Source: Piromyces finnis finn | Taxonomy: Eukaryota; Fungi; Neocallimastigomycota | Assembly (NCBI GenBank): GCA_002104945.1 | Contig: MCFH01000054.1 | Span: forward strand, 248,001-312,000 | Reading direction: 5' to 3' | DNA length: 64,000 nt | Part shown: positions 55,766 through 64,000 of the stretch, in pieces | Layout: each line of letters opens with the position of its first letter | Position numbering within the stretch: the stretch's first letter is position 1 | The notes under the pieces: generated by a model | Told to the model about the DNA's origin: nothing | The model's input: only the letters and a program-made list of their open reading frames with translations | The model's database searches: none | Program-made: the position numbers and the translations under genes

Positions 55766-56838
55766 AAAAAAAAAAAAAAAAACACCACTAATAATTAATA
55801 TAAATTTATTTAATAATTTAATAATAGAAATATTGAAAGTATATAATTTAATAATAAAAGTTTTTTTTTTTTTTTTATTTTTATATATATATTTTAAATA
55901 ATATATAAAATAATAATAATAACAATAATAATAAAAACGCATAATAATGATAATAATATAATATTTTTTATCTTTTTTTTTTTTTTTTTTTTTCATTATT
56001 ATTTTTTAATTATAATTATGTTAATATTTAATTTTTTTTTTTTTTTTTTTTTTTTTTAACCTAATTGAAAAAAAAAAAAAAAAAAGGAACAACGACAACA
56101 AACAAACAAACAAACCAACAAAAAAAAACAAACTACAAATAGTATTATAGAACAAAATTTTTAAATTTTTTTTTTTTTTATTTAGATTAAATAATAATTA
56201 ATAAATAAATAAACCATTTATACCTAATAAAAGTTTTATTTCATTTTTGAAATAATCAAAAAAATTAAAAATATTTTTAGTTTTCTTTTTTTTTTTTTTT
56301 ATTTTATATTTCTTATTTCTTACTCATTGATTTATTTTTACTTCCAGGAGTTAAATTCTTTATTCTATTTACTTTACATTTCACTTTTATAAAATAATTC
56401 TTTTAAAAAATATTAAATAAAAAATTAAAAATGGAAATAGAGTATTCTTATTCAAAATTTAATAATTCATCTATTTTTTTATCTTCAAACTTAATATTAA
56501 AAAATTAAAAGCTACCTGAACTATCATGGAATCATGGAATCTTTACCTTAAATAAATTACATGTATATAGATAAATAAATAAATAATAATAATATAAAAA
56601 ACAACTTGGAATATATATAATTTATTTTTTATTTTTTACTTTTTCTTTTTCTTTTTTTTTTTTATTAATATAATAAATAATTTATATTAAAATACTTTTT
56701 TATTTTATTATTGTTTTTTTTTTTTTTTTTTTTTATCTATTTATTTTTTATTTTTTTTTTATTTCTAATGATATATTTTATACTATGTTTTATCATATTA
56801 AAATTTAATTTTATGGTAGAGAATTGTTATTATTATTT

Positions 56839-59800
56839 CTAATTAGATATAATTTGATTTTTAGCGAAATTAATAAAGATTTGTTCGAGGGAAGTTTGAT
56901 TGAAACTATAATCGTTAACTAATCCCTTCTTTTTATATTCTTCCATTCTTTCAAATACCAAACCTAATTTTTTGGTCATTTTAACTTCGTATTTTCCACG
57001 GTTATTTGAAATTCTTTCCATCTTATATTCATGAGAATTAAATAAATTGCATTTTTCAACAACTTCGGAATGGAATTGGTCCACATCGTTACATTGTAAT
57101 TCTAAAATATAACCTTTGCCATACTTCATCTTTAGATGTTCTGGACTACCAATACAAATTAAACGTCCATTAACTAAAATAGCTAAACGATCACAAAGTT
57201 GTTCGGCTTCTTCCATAGAATGGGTCGTCATAATTAAGGCAGAATCATTTCTTCTTTTGGTACTCTTAATAATTTCCCAAATTAAACGACGAGTGGATGG
57301 ATCCATACCAGCTGTAGGTTCGTCCAGTAAAATACGTTCTGGATAACCACAAATAGCAATTAAAATAGAAAGTTTACGCTTAGTACCACCACTTAAATCA
57401 TCCACACGCTTATTTTGATGTTCTTCTAAACCAGCGGCATTAATGTATTGAGTAGCATATACCTTAGCATCGTCACTATCATAACCACGAATACTAAGGA
57501 AGAATTCAATATGTTCACGAAGTGTTAATTCCTTCCAAAGAATATCGTGTTGAGGACAGTAACCCATAGAAACGTCACCCAACTTTGCTTGGTGAGTTTC
57601 AACGCCATTATAACAAACACTACCTATAGTTTGAGGAATAGTAGAGGAAACAATATTTAAAGTGGTTGATTTACCAGCACCATTAGGACCTAAAAGACCG
57701 AAACATTCATGAAGTCTAACACCAAAATTAACATCAACTACAGCGGTTTTAACAAGTTGATTATATTTAACAATAGATTTATGAATATCACCGTAGGTAT
57801 AGTCATTGGCATCCCTATCTCTGATTTCCTTTATTTCGCTTGGATCAGTAATTTTTCCTTTTGAAACGTTAAATTCTTTACAGAGATGAAGCGTACTAAT
57901 TGGTAATTCATTTTGATGCTCTTTAACATACTCATATTCTCTTTTAACATCATCATCTCCATTTTCTAATTCCTTTTCATAAATTTCAGAAGTTTTTGGT
58001 GGTAATTCACTAATATCACTTTTATTGGTTTGATTCTTCATACGATCTAAGAGTATTAAAATGAAATAGTATACAAATAAAAGAACGATCAATAATGCTA
58101 TAAGTGGACTAATTATATTATGGTAATTCATAATGGTTTTCATTGATAATTCAGAGGAGTTAAAGGAAGAGAATAACTTTAGGGTAAAGAGAGCATTCAA
58201 TAAAACAACAATACCAAAGGATGGACAGAGTGCTGTAAAACATAAACAGAAAATAATTGCTGTATTACTGTATAAAGCATCAAGGTTAGAACTACTTGTG
58301 TTTGCATTAAGGATAACTAAACCGAAAAATCCAAAAATGATTGGATAAGTATTGATAGCACTAATACCGGTGAATGCTGTCTCTTCTTTTTTAAACATAA
58401 AACTGATAATATATTGATAGAGCATACATGGAATACTCCATATAATTATAAAGCAAAGAACAAGTAAAACAATGCTTACGTCTAATAAAGGTTCAAAGCG
58501 AATAACAACACCACTAAGAATAATTAAAGTACAAGTACATAAGAAAAGGAGATCATCCGTAATAAGATTTGAAATCCAGTAGTTAAAACGTGAAACACCA
58601 TTTAATTGAAGTTGGAGAAGTAATTGGTTAATTCTTTCACGTGAAATTAATGGACCAAACTTGTTTAAAACTGAAACAACACCAATACCTATTATAAATC
58701 CTATAAATGTTAAACCGACCATAGCAACATTGTCTTGTTTTTCATCGAATGGTTGATTATTAACAATAATACGATCGCTAATATTTTTTGAGGCTAGGAA
58801 GGCATTACTAACAGTATTAAGAGAAGCAGGTAAACTATGAGGCATGGTACTATTATAATAAATTTCTACATTTAACTTATTCTCAGATTCTACCATTTCA
58901 CCTCCGAGAGAAGAAAGATAATAGGCATCTTCAAATCTAGGATATTGTATTTGTTCAATTAAAACATTGGATACACCAGATATATCATTACCGACACCGG
59001 AAAGAATGTTTTCGGTTGTGATTGGAAGAGTTGAATTTAAAGAATAATTTATTTTAGTTTCAGGATACATACTAGGAACAGTAATGGCTTTAGATTCATA
59101 CGTTATAATTCTTTCCTTGAACATCAATTGATTAATACCAAAGAAAACTAAAGCAATTAGGAGGATTGGAAGGATGAAAGCATTAAAAGCAAACATCTTA
59201 TCCTTTAAGAAAATTTTTAATCTATACTTTACAAGGGTAGAGATAAGTTTAGAATTACTTGGTTTTGGTACAGATTTCAGTTCGGGTAAACTATTATCAT
59301 TAGTTTGAATTAAGTATTGATATTCATTATCAATATTATTATTGCTTTTTTCTTTTTCACTATTATTTATTTGGTCATCTTCTAAACGAATGAAAAGTTC
59401 TTCTAAGGTTGGTAAAGAAAGAGCATACTTTCTAATTAAGCTACCCGATAAGTTATCTAATTCATTTAAAAGTGGAGCAAAATGATCTGATGAATTCAAT
59501 GGTAATCTCCAAGTGTAGAATTTATTATCATGGGATTCAAATTCGTTGGCTTCCTTATTTTCAACATAAATGGCTTCTGGAAGGTAATTCATAATAATTT
59601 TATTTACCTTTTCTTTTTCATTAGTTTCAACATCTAAATTATACTTCATATTGAAATGGTTTTTAAGATAAAGACTGGTACCAAGACAACGGATTTTACC
59701 TTTATTGAGAATTAATTTACGATCGGCTAAAACATCAGCTTCATCCATATAATGAGTAGTAAGGAAAATAACTCTTCCTTCTTTCTTTTTTAATAGTAAT

Positions 59801-62074
59801 TCCCAAATCTTACGACGAGAGAGTGGGTCTAATCCAGTTGTTGGTTCATCCAAAAAGATGTATTTTGGATTACCAATAATAGCCATACCAATACAAAGTT
59901 TACGCTTTTGACCACCACTTAACTTTGAAGATTTTAATTTCTTTTGTGGGAGAAGATCAAGTTCCTTTAATACTTCATCAACATCAACCTTAACATTCTT
60001 TAAATTAGCATAAAAGTTAATATGATCTTCAACCGTAAGTCCATCATAAATAATATTTGTTTGAGCACAAACACCGAAATCTTTACGAATTGCATTAACA
60101 TTTTTAGATATACTAGAACCATCAAAGTAAACATCACCATAAGTTGCTTTGATAAGACCTACCATAATATTAATAAGAGTTGTTTTACCAGCACCATTAT
60201 GACCTATTCAAGTAACAATATATATATAAAAATTTAATAATTTAATATATTAATATAATTTATTCCTAAGCTTATTAGTTTATTAGGATTACCTAAAAGG
60301 GCAAAGATTTCATTTTGATAAACCTTAAAACTTATATCATTTACTGCTAAAAATTCTGAATTCTTTCCCTTTGATTGATTTTTATTATTATTATTATTAT
60401 TATCATTCTTTGAGTTATTCTTATCTCTTTTAAATAATTTATGAACACGACTAACTTCAACCATACATTTTTCATTGTTTATTGAATTGAAATCTTCTTG
60501 AATATCCTTTTGATAAGTGACTTCATTTTCGGAATGAAGATCTTTTACCTTTCTTTTTGGAGTAAATAAGTATCTATTGTTTTCATTGGAAATTAAATTA
60601 TCAAGAATAATAGCCAATAAAAAGTAGGTAACAACATTAAATAGAGTAATTAATAAATAAAAACCAACATCTGTCTTAAAAATAGTTACAAAACCTAATG
60701 ATTTGTAGGTATATTTAAGTTTAATAGCACTGTTAAAGAATAATCCAAGAGACACTGTTGAAAAAATAAATGATAGTATTCTTGAAATATTTGAATTAAA
60801 CAAAATTAAAATTTGATTCATATAACAAAGAATGATATAGAAAAAGATAATAACAACACCGGCAGTTTTAGACTTTTTGAAAAATGTACTAAAAATAAAA
60901 CCAATACAGCAAGCACTTAATGAGAAAAGGAAAATTACGAGGAAGATAAAAATGAAATTAACATTTGGTATTAAATTATTGAAAACAATAATTATGGTGA
61001 AAACAACGGAGATGATGAATGTAATAAATCCCTCAAGAATAAACCATGATAGCCAGAAAACTGTGGGGTGAACACCTGCGATTAATAAACCATCTCTTAA
61101 TTTATCTTCTTTTTCTTTAACAATATTAAGGGTAATAGTATAGACGACCGCCAAGAAAGAAAATGTAATATAGTAGCCAATACTTGCGGAAATATCCATA
61201 TCACTTTCACTTAAATTTGATTCCAATTGACCTAATTCACCAATTGAATAATTCAATGAAAAATTATTATCTTTTGTTTTCATTCTAATAAGTGCTTGAT
61301 CTACCGATGATTGAATTGGGGAAAAGATATTTATATATTGACTAGACAATTCTTCCGATGACGTTAAAGAAAATATACTTCCAACATTTGTAATGGGTTC
61401 TGTTTCTGGATTTTCTACATCCTTAATATTAAGACGAATTGTGTATTTTGAAAGATCATTACTTTCAAAAACGATACCAGCAAGTAATTTATCATAACTA
61501 CTCTCATCTTTATCCTTATCAGTTTTATATTTTACCATTTCTTCTTGATTCTTAAATTGCATTGGTTTTATATAAGATGTAGAATTAAAAAAATCATTAT
61601 TTATAGTTCCTACAATTTCTGGAATAATACTACCATCATTTTCTTCTGGTAATACAAATCCAACTACTGAATACTGATAATCATAAGATTTACTAAATAA
61701 ACTATATAGAGGTGAAAGAATGGTTGGTTCATGGCTATTTATAACAGTACTTTCATTTTTTCCACTATTCTGTTTCAATATGAAACTTATTAAAACTAAT
61801 GTACCAATAATTTTTAATGAAATAATAATAGTAATAAAAGTGAATATGAATATTTTTTTTTTATATTATATATAAATATAAGCAATTTGATATTTTAAAA
61901 AAAAAAAAAAAAAAAAAAACTATATTACTTACAAATACATAAAATTGAATAAATTGGGAAAAAGATTTCAAGAACGATAGTGGCTTTCGAAGCCTTTTTT
62001 AAAAGAATATTTCTTTTAACTAAGGCTTTTAATTGATTAAGGTAGTAACCCTTTAATAAGATTTCAAAATTCAT
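56839..62074 (-). CDS. ABCA: Full-length ABCA-family transporter (TMD-NBD-TMD-NBD), 3 exons
   Basis: Exon 1 MNFEILLKGYYLNQLKALVKRNILLKK..LEIFFP; KEKEDKLRDGLLIAGV; NBD1 LLG|HNGAGKTT, LSGGQKRKL, FLDEPTTGLDP, TTHYMDEAD; LPTLEELF; NBD2 GLLGPNGAGKST, LSGGTKRKL, LLDEPTAGMDP, TTHSMEEAE; QTSLEQIF. Confidence 0.93.
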
Positions 62075-63766
62075 TATAAAGTTTTTTTTTTAAAAATTCA
62101 ATATAATATATATATTGTAGTATTTGAGTTGTTAAATAGGAATAATATAAGGAAATATTCATATTAATTATTTGCTCTTATATTTATTTAAAGTAATGAC
62201 AATATACTAAAAATAATAATAATATATTTACCATGTTTATTATTGATAATTTTTTTTTTCTTTTCTTTGTTTGTTTTTTTTATTTCTAATACTTTTTATT
62301 ATTGATTAAAAAAATTTGTTTGTTTATTTTTACTTTTGTTAGTTTGTTTGTTAGTTTGTTTATTGCTTTCTATATCAATTCGTACATAAATCACACTAAC
62401 AATTCCTTTTTTTTTTATTATTTAATAAAAAAAAAAAAATTTTTCTTTTTTGATGTATTTATACTTTTTATTTTTTTAATATATTTTATTAAAATTTATT
62501 TAAATTTTAATTATTTCAAAACATTTAAAAGATTAATTCAATTGGTTTTTTTTTTTTTTTTAATCAAATTTAAACAAGAAGTATTTGAATTTGAATGAAT
62601 TTTAAAATAAATACATTAAAATTATATAAAATATACAAATATACTTATAAATAAAACAAAAAAAAGTAAAAAGAATGAATAAATACCTTTTCTTTTTTTT
62701 TTTTTTTTTGATTCTGCGGTACAATTTCAATCTGAAATTTAATTAACTTTTTTATTTCAATTATCCTGCTTTAAAATATTAGATCGATTGGTTGATATAA
62801 ATTAAATTGTGTAACGTTGAGAAAAGTCAAAATTTTAATATTTTTGGTTTAGAAAAAGATGATGTCACAAAGAAAAAAAAGAAAGATGATATAATATGAT
62901 GATAATGCTTTTATATGAATTGATGATAAAACTTGTACTTTTCTTTTAATAATGATAGTTTTTTTATTTATTATTAACGTATATTTCATATTTAAAAATA
63001 TAATTTAAGATTACTTGATATAATTATCTTTTAATAAACACAAAATTTATCATCCATATAAAATGAAATGTTAAGAAGACATGTTTTTTTTTTTTTAAAT
63101 TTATTATTAATAAATAAAAGTAACATTATATTCAACAATAGTCAATGAAAGATTTCATTTTTCATTTGTATTGAGTTTTTTTTTTTTTTTTTTTTTTGAT
63201 ATTTAATTTTGATTTAAAAAGAATTATAAAAAAAGTTATATAGGTTAACTCTATTAGGTTAGAATTCAACAAATTATTATTTTTGACACTTTTTTCTCGT
63301 TTAATATTGAAATTTCAAAAGAAAGAATTGTTTGTATTACTATCAACACCATTAATTACTTTATTATTATGAAAATTAAACTATCAATGATATATATGTT
63401 ACTATTGCTATAAATTAATTTTTTTATCTATTCTTCACATTATCAATGTCATTATTGTAATAAAATGAAATAACTAAAAAAGAGTTATTTATTAATAATT
63501 TGAAATTATTGAATATTTATTTGTTTTATTTTTTATCAAAAATAAAAAAAAAAAAAAAAACTTATAATTAAATAAGTTTTTTAAATAAATAAATTATTTA
63601 TAATAGCCATTGAATTTTTTTTTTATTTATTTTTACAATTTCATTCCGGTATTATAAGGTATTAAAATATGATGCTAAATCTAAAGTATTATTTTAGTTA
63701 AAAAAAAAAAAACTAAAAAAAACTTTTCATTTGTTGATATTTAAATTCTTTCATTTTCCTTTTTAG

Positions 63767-64000
63767 TTACTGAGTAGAGGTATTATTATTATTATTATTA
63801 TTATTAGTAGCAGAAGTAGTAGTAGTAGCATTATCGATAGTATTTTCAACAGTAGTATGATCTTCATTGGAAGAAGATAAGTTAAGATTAATAATATGTT
63901 CAGTAGCTTCTTCCAATTCATTCCTTATTGAAATATTAGAAGTATTATCATGTTCATCATCATTCAAAACGACAACTTCATTACTTTCTTCAATAGCATT
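63767..64000 (-). CDS. 3' end of a gene continuing beyond the window (acidic, T/N-rich low-complexity C-terminus)
   Basis: The reading frame is open from the window edge: NAIEESNEVVVLNDDEHDNTSNISIRNELEEATEH...TTTTSATNNNNNNNNTSTQ*. GC is elevated relative to the intergenic DNA. Confidence 0.6.
   Translation of the reverse strand, partial: NAIEESNEVVVLNDDEHDNTSNISIRNELEEATEHIINLNLSSSNEDHTTVENTIDNATTTTSATNNNNNNNNTSTQ

Noticed and set aside
62850-62950. Repeated TGATGA (box C-like) words suggesting a C/D snoRNA
   Set aside because: No suitably placed CTGA box D or terminal stem; expected by chance in AT-rich DNA.

Overview
Extremely AT-rich (roughly 15-20% GC by eye), intron-dense eukaryotic DNA. 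The composition, gene structures and gene families (solute-binding-protein/7TM receptor fusion, intronless ankyrin protein) fit an anaerobic gut fungus (Neocallimastigomycota); this is an inference. Gene models were assembled by hand across GT-AG introns. In order: LIMR/LMBR1-like membrane protein (-), Kex1-like S10 serine carboxypeptidase (+), acylphosphatase with a long N-terminal extension (-), CDC50/LEM3 (-), two tandem intronless bacterial-type EamA/DMT transporters (+), a small coiled-coil protein (-), an 843-aa Hsp20-domain/low-complexity protein (+), a small membrane protein (+), inositol polyphosphate kinase (+), a variable-looking block at about 30-44 kb (SBP-7TM receptor, orphan ORF, ankyrin protein, possible decayed coding remnants), DPP-IV family dipeptidyl aminopeptidase (-), ASH2/BRE2 (+), an ABCA transporter (-), and the 3' end of a gene running off the window. 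No rRNA, tRNA, CRISPR array or intact mobile element was seen. The most notable observations are the putative HGT-derived DMT pair, the SBP-GPCR, 6-10 nt microexons next to protease catalytic motifs, poly(A)-tract splice acceptors, a possibly dual-start acylphosphatase and a perfect 16-bp inverted repeat.
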